A stretch of DNA of 64,000 nt. Source: Macrostomum lignano. Its lineage: Eukaryota. Position 1 is the first letter of the stretch, and the number at the start of each line of letters is the position of its first letter. The notes beneath the pieces were generated by a model. That model was not told the origin of the DNA. It was given only the letters and a program-made list of their open reading frames with translations, and did no database searches. Positions 50,591-64,000 of this stretch are shown piece by piece. A program made the translations under genes and the position numbers. The stretch spans positions 248,001 through 312,000 of the forward strand of contig NIVC01000415.1 in the NCBI GenBank assembly GCA_002269645.1. The letters run 5' to 3'.

Positions 50591-50600
50591 AATCGTGTAT

Positions 50601-51044
50601 CAGAAGCTAAGGAATAGGATGTCAGAAGGTAAGGAATAGGATGTCAGGAGCTAAGGAATGGGATGTCAGGAGCTAAGGAATAGGATGTCAGGAGGTAAGG
50701 AATAGGATGTCAGGAGGTAAGGAATAGGATGTCAGAAGCTAAGGAATAGGATGTCAGAAGGTAAGGAATAGGATGTCAGAAGGTAAGGAATAGGATGTCA
50801 GGAGCTAAGGAATAGGATGTCAGGAGGTAAGGAATAGGATGTCAGAAGCTAAGGAATAGGATGTCAGAAGGTAAGGAATAGGATGTCAGGAGCTAAGGAA
50901 TAGGATGTCAGGAGCTAAGGAATAGGATGTCAGGAGGTAAGGAATAGGATGTCAGGAGGTAAGAAATAGGATGTCAGGAGCTGAGGAATATGATTCAGGA
51001 GCTAAGGAATAGGATGTCAGGAGGTAGGGAATATGTCAGGAGCT
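50601..51044. repeat. 22-bp minisatellite (ggatgtcaggagctaaggaata)n
   Basis: About 20 units, directly adjoining the 21-bp array. Confidence 0.97.
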
Positions 51045-51624
51045 TTGACTGCAAACTTAAGGAAAAATTTGCTTATTGCATCGCACTAAGCACCCTCTTA
51101 TGTAACCGTAACTGTGATTAAAGAAAAGAGCTTGACACCTTCGTGCCAAAACTATTTTGCACAATATAGAAAAAGAGTCAGTTGTAATAATATTGTGCCT
51201 GTCATGCTCAGAGGGTAACACAGTCACTGTGACTGGAGCCGTGAGAAAATGAAGTTTCTTAATATAGTTTATACAGAGGCTAACCCATATATAATAGAGG
51301 CCAAATTGAGTAGCGAGACCTCCCACAGGGCTGCTCTGAAATTGTTTTCACAGCTGCTATTCTGAGGACAAAGTAATATAATAATATGTATAGATAACCA
51401 ACCAGCTATAGCTCACTTTACTTAACCTGGGGTTTGAAACAACAGAGGATAGATGCAAACTAAATGTGATTAACAGACATGAATACAGTATCGACAGATA
51501 TTGTATACGCACTACTTTGTAGCAATGAGTAAGTAGTATCATATACAATAAAAAGCAATTCTGCATTCTTTAAATTTAAATATCTCATACAATCGTAGTC
51601 TTCACTTGGTCCCTAAAGTTATTT

Positions 51625-52659
51625 TCACTCTGATGTCACTCGCTCACTCAGTAATTGTCACTCTGATGTCACTCGCTCACTCAGTAATAGTCACTCTGAT
51701 GTCACTCGCTCAACTCGGTATTGGCACTCTGATGTCACTCGCTCAACTCGGTAATTGTCACTGATGTCACTCGCTCAACTCGGTAATTGTCACTCTGGTG
51801 TCACTCGCTCACTAAGTAATTGTCACTCTAATTGTCACTCGCTCACTCAGTAATTGTCACTCTGATGTTACTTGCTCACTCAGTAATTGTCACTCTGATG
51901 TCACTCGCTCAACTCGGTAATTGTCACTCTGATGTCACTCACCCACTCGGTGATTGTCACTCTGATGTCACTCGCTCAACTCGGTAATTGTCACTCTGAT
52001 GTCACTCGCTCACTCAGTAATTGTCACTCTGATGTCACTCACCCACTCGGTGATTGTCACTCTGATGTCACTCGCTCAACTCGGTAATTGTCACTGATGT
52101 CACTCGCTCACTAAGTAATTGTCACTCTAATTGTCACTCGCTCACTCAGTAATTGTCACTCTGATGTTACTTGCTCACTCAGTAATTGTCACTCTGATGT
52201 TACTTGCTCACTCAGTAATTGTCACTCTGATGTTACTTGCTCACTCAGTAATTGTCACTCTGATGTTACTTGCTCACTCAGTAATTGTCACTCTGATGTT
52301 ACTTGCTCACTCAGTAATTGTCACTCTGATGTTACTTGCTCACTCAGTAATTGTCACTCTGATGTTACTTGCTCACTCAGTAATTGTCACTCTGATGACA
52401 TTGCCACTCTGATGACACTCGTTCAACTCGGTAATTTTCACTCTGATATCACTCGCTCAACTCGGTAATTGTCACTCTGATGTCACTCGCTCAAGTCGGT
52501 AATTGTCACTCTGGTGTCACTCGCTCAACTCGGTAATTTTCACTCTGATGTCACTCGCTCAACTCGGTAATTGTCACTCTGATGTCACTCGATCAACTCG
52601 GTAATTTTCACTCTGATGTCACTCGCTCAACTCGGTAATTGTCACTCTGATGTCACTCT
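51625..52659. repeat. 33/34-bp minisatellite (gtcactctgatgtcactcgctcaactcggtaatt)n
   Basis: About 31 units built from ~11-bp gtcact sub-repeats; a homogeneous 33-bp run lies at ~52140-52390. Confidence 0.96.
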
Positions 52660-53107
52660 GTTTTCACTCGCTTGCGGTAAAATTTTAAAGTGAAAAATAA
52701 GATAATAGCTGGCAAAACTTGACGTAAAAAAACTTAAAATGTATTTTCTGGATATAAAACGCATGGATACATTGAAACAAGATTATTCTTTTTTACGAGA
52801 AAGATAGACGTAAGCTACACAGCAAGGCAAGCTACAAAAGTACAGTCTCATCACGAAACTAATGGCTCAAATCGATGCACTTTTCAAGCGCATTTTCTGG
52901 GGTAAAAAAGCACTGAAGTGGACTTGACAATTGCACACTCAACACTGAGTTTTGGTCGGGCCGTCTAGAATATGATTTGGCGGCTAAAGTAATGTTTGAT
53001 GCATGGCTGAAGGCAACACTATTGAGTTACATAGGACTTTAGGAGGACAAATTAATTTCTCTCATGGTTTTGCGTCTTAATCTTTTACCGCTAATACAAG
53101 ACTTTCA

Positions 53108-53783
53108 ACAGCCCAATACAGCCCCAATACAGCCCCAATACAGCCACAATACAGTCACAATACAGCCACAATACAGCCAAAATACAGTCCCAATACAGCC
53201 ACAATACGGCCTCAATAAAGCCGCAATACAGCCACAATACAGACCCAAATACAGCCACAATACAGCCACAATACAGCCACAATACAGCCCCAATACAGCC
53301 AAATACAGCCACAAAACAGCCACAATACAGCCACAATACAGCCAAATACAGCCACAAAACAGCCACAAAACAGCCACATTACAGCCCCAATACAGCCACA
53401 ATACAGCCAAATACAGCCACAAAACAGCCACAATACAGCCCCAATACAGCCACAATACAGCCACAATACAGCCCCAATACAGCCACAATACAGCCCCAAT
53501 ACAGCCACAATACAGCCAAATACAGCCACAATACAGCCAAATACAGCCACAAAACAGCCACAATACAGCCCCAATACAGCCTCAATACAGCCACAATACA
53601 GCCACAATACAGCCAAATACAGCCACAAAACAGCCACAATACAGCCCCAATACAGCCCCAATACAGACCCAAATACAGCCACAATACAGCCACAATACAG
53701 CCACAATACAGCCCCAATACAGCCACAATACAGCCACAATACAGCCCCAATACAGCCACAATACAGCCAAATACAGCCACAAT
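53108..53783. repeat. 10/11-bp minisatellite (aatacagccac / aatacagcccc)n
   Basis: About 60 units just downstream of the orphan gene stop codon. Confidence 0.96.
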
Positions 53784-53824
53784 GCCCCCTATCCTAAAAA
53801 AGAACAATTTGCACTTTTTCAGTC

Positions 53825-54845
53825 TCAACTGTGCAGCGCCAGCATGGCCTTTTCCGCCGACTTCAAGCGTCGCTTGTCCGCGGCTTTCTCGGCCTCCAGC
53901 AATCTGTCAACACTGTCAAAGTTGGCAACTTTCGACAGCTCGTCTCGGATTCGTCCGGCAAGATTTTCGAGCTTGGCCGATTTAGCAGCTAGAAACTTCG
54001 GCGTTGTTGATTGAACTGCCTCGATCTCGTCTTCGGCCAGAAAGTCGGCCGGATTGAAGCGGCCGGTTCCGCCGGCGTCCGACAGCTCGCGGAGGTGCCG
54101 CAGGCGGACTGCGCGCAGCTCGAGCTCGCGTCGAATGCTTTGCCGAGCCTGAGTCAGATCGATCAGCTGATTCAGTGTCTCCGTGGAAACCGCCAGCTTG
54201 GACTCCAGCTGCTCCAGGCGGTGCTTCCGGTGAAGCAGATCCACCGAGGGCTGACTGTCGACTGCCGATAATGTCGACTGTCTTGCATCCACGTCGTCGT
54301 CAAGAACAGCGTCGGTAGGGGCGATTCTCTCGGCATCGGTGCACAGATCTGCGGCGAAGCTGAGCAGCAGCCGGGAGAGCTGCGGGTTGCAGGGCGAAGG
54401 ATTCGAGTAGGTTGAGGAAAGAGGGAGAGACAGAAGGAGAGAGAAGGGGGAGGGAGAGAGGGACAGAAGGAGAGAGAGAGGAGAGAGGGAGAAAAAAGAG
54501 GAGAGAAGGGGAGAAGTGGAGAAGGAGAGAGGGAGAGAGGGAGGAGGGAGGGAGAAAGAGAGAGAGAGAGAGGGAGAGAGAAAGAGAGGGAGAGAGAAAG
54601 AGAGGGAGAGAGGGAGAGAGAAAGAGAGGGAGAGAGAAAGAGAGGGAGAGAGAAAGAGAGGGAGAGAGAAAGAGAGGGAGAGAGAAAGAGAGGGAGATAG
54701 GGAGAGAGGGAGAGAGAAAGAGATGGAGAGAGAAAGAGAGGGAGAGAGGGAGAGAGGGAGAGAGAAAGAGAGGGAGAGAGAAAGAGAGGGAGAGAGGGAG
54801 AGAGGGAGAGAGAAAGAGAGGGAGAGAGAAAGAGAGGGAGAGAGG

Positions 54846-54928
<83 letters not shown>

Positions 54929-56394
54929 GACAGAGGAAGTCAGAGATAGTGAGAGGGTGAGAAGCATGGGATGTACGTAGAAATGAGAGAAGGAGAAATT
55001 CCGGTGAGAGAGTCGAGTGTCAGAAGAACTGAGGTCTCAAATTCGAGTGTGGGAGATGTGGGAATATGAGAGAGGGGAGAGGAGATATGGGAGAGGAGAG
55101 ATGGGAGAGGGGAGATTGGAGATAGAAGAAGGGAGATTGAAGATAGAAGAAGGGAGATGATTGAGAGATGGGAGATGAGAGAAGGGAAAGAGAGGGAGGA
55201 GGCGGGAGACTAGAGAGGGTAGATGAGTGATGAGTGATATGGGGAGAGAAGAGAGGAGAGATGAGAAATCCAAGAGCCATCTGAGTGATGAAACAGTATC
55301 TTAATTACCTCGTATTCGTCCAGAATTTTCTTGAGCCGCCGACATGCCAGCGACACTCGCCTGTTGTCACCCGACAGGAAGTCGGACAGGCGGGTCTCAA
55401 CTCTCGCCAGCATTCGCGGATTGTCGACTTCGTCAGTCTCGGACTCGGCAGCATCAGCTGCATCTTCATCGCAGACGGTGGCGTCCCGGCCTCGCTCCTC
55501 CAGCTTGTCCGCCCGGCGGCCCAGACAGTCGGCGCAGTCGATCAGCAAACGTCGGCCTCGCCAAGAGAATGCCGCTTTGGCTTTGGCCGCCGCCTCCATC
55601 AAGTCGTTGACAGTCCGGCGAGCTCGGGCAGCCGAGTCTCGAACCAGACGCCGGTCGCGATCGATCTCTGACGACTCGTCGTCAACGTCGAGCTCCCCGT
55701 CGGCCGAGTCTTCGCCGCCGACGCTGCTGCCGCCGGTCGAGGGCCGATTTCTGTCCAGCCTGGCGGCGCACTTCGCCACGAGTTCGAGTCGCGCCCGACA
55801 AGCCCGAAGTTTGTCGAAGATCGCTGCCCGTTCGGCGGCCAGTTGCAGCTGCCGCCGCCGGTCGAGCGACCTCGCCTCGGTCAGGCAGGCCGAGACGGCA
55901 GCCTGGCGAGCCCGCAGCTGGCGCAGCTGGCGTGGCCGAAGGTGCTCGGGAACGTCCAGCTGACTGTTGGCCGACAGACTGTGGAACTGGGCGTAGAGCG
56001 ACTCCAATTGAGATTCAATCTCGCCAGTGTCGTCCTCTTGGCGATCGGACTCTTCATCGCCAGACTGAGCAGCCGCTGCTGTGGAATCGGCCTCGACACA
56101 GATGAGCTGCCGCAGCCAGCAGCTGGCCTGGCTCGCTGCCAGCTTGTAGCTGCACAGGTCCTCCGCTTTATCAGCAGCCTCCGGCTCTGTAGCATCGATC
56201 GACTCCATCGTTGTCATCTCGATCTCGGTCGCGTCAACACCTGTCGCGGTAGCTGCTGACGCAACGTCAGATGACGTCATTAGACAGCCGTTGTCGTAAG
56301 CGAAGCGACAGTCGCAGGAGGATCTGCGCCTCTGCAAGCGCTCGCAGCTGTCGGCCTCCGGGGTCCTGGCCGATTGACTTCTTCGAGTCAGCAT
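53825..56394 (-). CDS. Uncharacterised acidic/coiled-coil protein (546 aa, 2 exons; further 5' exons cannot be excluded)
   Basis: Exon 55309-56394 (ATG in CAAATG context; donor GAG|GTAATT) joins exon 53825-54379 (acceptor ccgcag|CTC) in phase 0. Both are long, stop-free, GC-rich and helical (LEQLESKL, LELRAVRLRHL). No family recognised. Confidence 0.72.
54411..55270. repeat. Polypurine (GA-rich) tract including (GA)n and gagagagaaagagagg units
   Basis: Fills the intron of the orphan gene; pure (GA)n at ~54857-54922. Confidence 0.95.
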
Positions 56395-57333
56395 TTGCCT
56401 TTGAAGAGCTGGACTTTTTACTAGCTAAGAAGCGTCTGTCTCCGCGTGCAGCTGTGCCCGACACGAGCGTCAGCGGCTATTTTGCATGGCTAATTTGCTA
56501 GATAGAGAGAGAAAAAACCTGTCTGCAACTCTCGCGCCCTGCAATTTCTGTCTGAGCACGAGTTCCACTTTGCTCGGGGGTTTTTTAGCCAAGCAAAGAC
56601 TGCAGAGTAGCCGTAGGCGTGCAAAGCGTACAACAACTATGGGGCTAAGCTAGCTTGCGTCTTATTAACGTCTGTTATACCCACACGGCGCGCGTACTAA
56701 TGCGCCCTTGAAAACACCAAAACGCAGTACGGCATTCTCTTACCCCCCCCCCCTGTGTCTCACCCAACCCGCCTCAGCCTAGCTCAAAGTCCAAAGTGGA
56801 AAGTAGAGAGAGAGAGAGAGGAGAGAGGACAAGAGGGGGGTTGGTTGGCTGTGCAATCTGCTTAGCCGTGCACTGAGTGTGGCAATAATAGTTGAAATAT
56901 GCATTGGCAATATTATTATTGTATTATTTACGCGCAATAGAGTCTCTGCTGTCAGGCATAAGGGGATCTCAGCCTAGCAATTTCAAGTGCGTTACATCAT
57001 TTTATCAGAATCAAAATTCAAAAGGCAGGGACTGTTCATCACCTTGACTCTTAGTAGAATTTTTTCATCTCCATTGTCCGCATAAAAGTACACACGAGAA
57101 CAGCAGGCGTACCTGACTACTAACAAGCTGAGAACAGACAACTGAAACCTGGGTGCACTTTAGCTTAGGAATATTATAATTATTTATATGAATTATAAAT
57201 TCGCTTACAAGAACTACTCAAGTAACACATATATATATATATATATATATACAAGTAACATCTACTTAAGCTGTCCTTGTTCGCTTACCTAGAAGTGGCC
57301 CAGGTAAGCAGAGCCTGATGATTAGTGAATTCC

Positions 57334-57830
57334 AAAGTGACTCAAAATCACCCACCAAAACGATTTACAATCACCACCAAAACGACTCAAAATCAGCCCC
57401 AAAGTGACTCAAAATCAGCCCCAAAGTGACTCAAAATCACCCCCAAAGTACTTTAAAATCACCCCCAAAGTACCTCAAAATCACCCCCAAAGTACCTCAA
57501 AATCACCCCCAAAGTAACTCAAAACCACCTCCAAAGTGTCTCAAAATTAATCTTAAACGAGTTAAAATCACCCCCAAACTGACTCAAAATCACCCCCAAA
57601 CTGACTCAAAATCACCCCCAAACTGACTCAAAATCACCCCCAAAGTGACTCAAAATCACCCCCAAACTGACTCAAAATCACCCCCAAAGTGACTCAAAAT
57701 CACCCCCAAAGTGACTCAAAATCACCCCCAAACTGACTCAAAATCACCCCCAAAGTGACTCAAAATCACCCCCAAACTGACTCGATTCACCAGCCAAAGC
57801 AACTCTAAATCACCCTCTAAAACGACTCAA
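57334..57830. repeat. 22-bp minisatellite (aaagtgactcaaaatcaccccc)n
   Basis: About 20 units, degenerate at the edges; most contain TGACTCA. Confidence 0.93.
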
Positions 57831-58166
57831 ACTCATTTAAAAATGACTCAAAAAGCGCCACAAAAATAACTCAAATCGCTCCAGTGGCAAAAATTATTAA
57901 AGATATCAATAGAGCGTTGCTAATGACTCCAAAATGAATAATATTTCTGGTTACCTAGGGACTAAAAATGTTTATCTGTTGAAAGAGTTGGCAAACTTTG
58001 TCAGTTAGACTTTATAATGCAAACACGCTTAAAATTATCAATGGAAAGGTGCAACGCCACTCCAATGGGTCTACATTCTTATCTCGCAAAGCTGATAACA
58101 TTTTTTTTTTAATTCAAAGGTCAAATAGAAATTTAACGATTCCTACCAAGAGGTGCCATAACTATC

Positions 58167-60483
58167 AGTAATCAATTGGTGCTAAATTATAGGAATCAAT
58201 TGGCGCTAAATTAAAGTAATCAATTGGCGCTAAATTATAGTAATCAATTGGCGCTAAATTATAGTAATCAATTGGCGCTAAATTATAGGAATCAATTGGC
58301 GCTAAATTATAGGAATCAATTGGCGCTAAATTATAGTAATCAATTGGCGCTAAATTATAGGAATCAATTGGCGCTAAATTATAGTAATCAATTGGCTCTA
58401 AATTATAGTAATCTATTGGCGCTAAATTATAGTAATCAATTGGCGCTAAATTATAGGAATCAATTGGCGCTAAATTATAGTAATCAATTGGCGCTAAATT
58501 ATAGGAATCAATTGGCGCTAAATTATAGTAATCAATTGGCTCTAAATTATAGTAATCTATTGGCGCTAAATTATAGTAATCAATTGGCGCTAAATTATAG
58601 GAATCAATTGGCGCTAAATTATAGGAATCAATTGGCGCTAAATTATAGGAATCAATTGGCGCTAAATTATAGTAATCAATTGGCGCTAAATTATAGGAAT
58701 TAATTGGCACTAAATTATAGGAATCAATTGGCGCTAAATTATAGGAATTAATTGGCGCTAAATTATAGGAATCAATTGGCGCTAAATTATAGGAATCAAT
58801 TGGCGCTAAATTATAGGAATTAATTGGCACTAAATTATAGGAATCAATTGGCGCTAAATTATAGGAATCAATTGGCGCTAAATTATAGTAATCAATTGGC
58901 GCTAAATTATAGTAATCAATTGGCGCTAAATTATAGGAATCAATTGGCGCTAAATTATAGTAATCAATTGGCGCTAAATTATAGTAATCAATTGGCGCTA
59001 AATTATAGTAATCAATTGGCGCTAAATTATAGTAATCTATTGGCGCTAAATTACAGTAATCAATTGGCGCTAATTATAATAATCAATTGGCGCTAATTAT
59101 AATAATCAATTGGCGCTAAATTATAGTAAACAGTTAGCGCTAAATTATAGGAATCAATTGGCGCTAAATTATAGGAATCAATTGGCGCTAAATTATAGGA
59201 ATCAATTGGCGCTAAATTACAGTAATCAATTGGCGCTAATTATAATAATCAATTGGCGCTAATTATAATAATCAATTGGCGCTAAATTATAGTAAACAGT
59301 TGGCGCTAAATTATAGGAATCAATTGACGCTAAATTATAATAATCTATTGGCGCTAAATTATAGTAATCAATTGGCGCTAAATTATAGTAATCAACTGGC
59401 GCTTAATTATAGTAATCAATTGGCGTTAAATTATAATAATCTATTGGCGCTAAATTATAGTAATCAATTGGCGCTAAATTATAGGAATCAATTGGCGCTA
59501 AATTATAGGAGCCGTTCAGGGACTAGCGGAATGGGCGCCCGCGCCTTCCCGCTGTGTCCCCTCCGGGACAGCCCTGCAGCTAAGTCAAGTAAGTCAAATT
59601 ATAGGAATCAATTGGCGCTAAATTATAGTAATCAATTGGCGCTAAATTATAGTAATCAATTGGCGCTAAATTATAGTAATCAATTGGCGCTAAATTATAG
59701 TAATCTATTGGCGCTAAATTACAGTAATCAATTGGCGCTAAATTATAGTAATCAATTGGCGCTAAATTATAGTAATCTATTGGCGCTAAATTACAGTAAT
59801 CAATTGGCGCTAAATTATAGGAATCAATTGGCGCTAAATTATAGTAATCAATTGGCGCTAAATTATATTGATCTATTGGCGCTAAATTATAGGAATCAAT
59901 TGGTGCTAAATTATAATAATCTATTGGCGCTAAACTATGGTGATCTGTTGGCGCTAAATTATAGTAAACAGTTGGCGCTAAATTATAGTAATCAATTGGC
60001 GCTAAATTATAGGAATCAATTGGCGCTAAATTATAGGAATCAATTGGCGCTAAATTACAGTAATCAATTGGCGCTAAATTATAGTAATCAATTGGCGCTA
60101 AATTATAGTGATCTATTGGCGCTAAATTATAGTAATCAGTTGGCGCTAAATTAGAGGAATCAATTGGCGCTAAATTATAGGAATCAATTGGCGCTAAATT
60201 ATAGGAATCAATTGGCGCTAAATTATAGGAATCAATTGGCGCTAAATTATAGTAATCAATTAGCGCTAAATTATAGGAATCAATTGGCGCTAAATTATAG
60301 TAATCAATTGGCGCTAAATTATAGGAATCAATTGGCGCTAAATTATAGGAATCAATTGGCGCTAAATTATAGGAATCAACTGGCGCTTAATTATAGTAAT
60401 CAATTGGCGTTAAATTATAGTAATCAATTGGCGCTAAATTATAGTGATCTATTGGCGCTAAATTATAGTAATCAATTGGCGCT
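58167..60483. repeat. 24-bp minisatellite (taatcaattggcgctaaattatag)n, ~2.3 kb
   Basis: About 92 units; source of the ALNYSNQL ORFs. Interrupted at 59511-59595. Confidence 0.98.
59511..59595 (+). mobile_element. 85-bp severely 5'-truncated retroposon insertion with 11-bp TSD
   Basis: GC-rich insert ending taagtcaagtaagtc, flanked by aaattatagga at 59500-59510 and 59596-59606. The duplication is a partial repeat unit, so it is not simply the array period. Confidence 0.8.
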
Positions 60484-60974
60484 GTTATAAAAATACAAAT
60501 AAATCTCAAGTTTTCTAAGCTTGTATTTTCCACAAAAAGATAATAAATTGAATTAAAGACACGTCAATGATAGTTTTGTCACTAACTTAGTCAGCTTTAT
60601 TAAAACTAATTCAATTGTACTTTTATTTGAAACACCGTTTTTTGTTAAAAAGCAACTAATAAAAGAGCTATAAAAATGGGAAGATTAGGAAGCGTGTTTT
60701 TAGTTGTCGATGTGCTTGAAGGATAGAGAAAAATCAAAAAACATATTTGTTATAATAATATCTAGTTCAAACGTACAGGGAATTAACAAAAGCTATCGGT
60801 TTTACTTAAATAAAATTTTCTATTTTAATATCTATAGTTACTAAGGCAGCTTTTTGTAATTAAAAGAAAAATGAAATTATAAAAATGTTTCGTTAAAATG
60901 GATTGTTACTAAACAATGGAAGTTCGGTACAGGCAGTCAGGGTTTCTCGGTAATCCCTAGTCGAAAAGAAACAT

Positions 60975-64000
<3,026 letters not shown>

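Noticed and set aside
49826-50592. Ser-Asp repeat (SSDSDV) ORF resembling DSPP/Sdr proteins
   Set aside because: 21-bp satellite open in several frames on both strands; no exon context.
52131-60490. Repeat ORFs LAHSVIVTLM, IQPQYSHNTA, ERERE, ALNYSNQL, NLAPIDSY
   Set aside because: All derive from tandem arrays or purine tracts.

Overview
Repeat-rich animal genomic DNA with spliceosomal GT-AG introns and no prokaryotic features. The style (GC-rich exons, many unrelated minisatellites) suggests a flatworm such as Macrostomum; this is inference. Four spliced genes could be reconstructed by hand, all on the minus strand: (1) a 13-exon, 985-aa signal peptide + 5 CUB + LDLa + TM protein (SOL-1/LEV-10-like) ending in a PDZ-binding motif; (2) an 18-exon, ~2807-aa type III classical cadherin (DN-cadherin/HMR-1B-like); (3) a 2-exon, 546-aa acidic coiled-coil orphan; (4) the 3' part of a protostome-type cytoplasmic intermediate filament gene with a 12-nt microexon. 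Mobile DNA includes three copies of a tRNA-derived CORE-type SINE, an RNase H-bearing LINE 3' fragment inside an (AAC/AGC)n array, an RTE-clade LINE fragment with a twin-priming-type 5' inversion, an 85-bp retro-insertion with an 11-bp TSD, a young internally deleted P-element (94-bp TIRs, 8-bp TSD), a Tc1/IS630-like deletion derivative and an asymmetric foldback element. About a dozen tandem arrays are present, including 2.5 kb of (GATA)n. A 3-kb block near the start is almost free of CpG. Most long ORFs in the supplied track are artefacts of tandem repeats. All coordinates were read by eye and may be off by a few bases.
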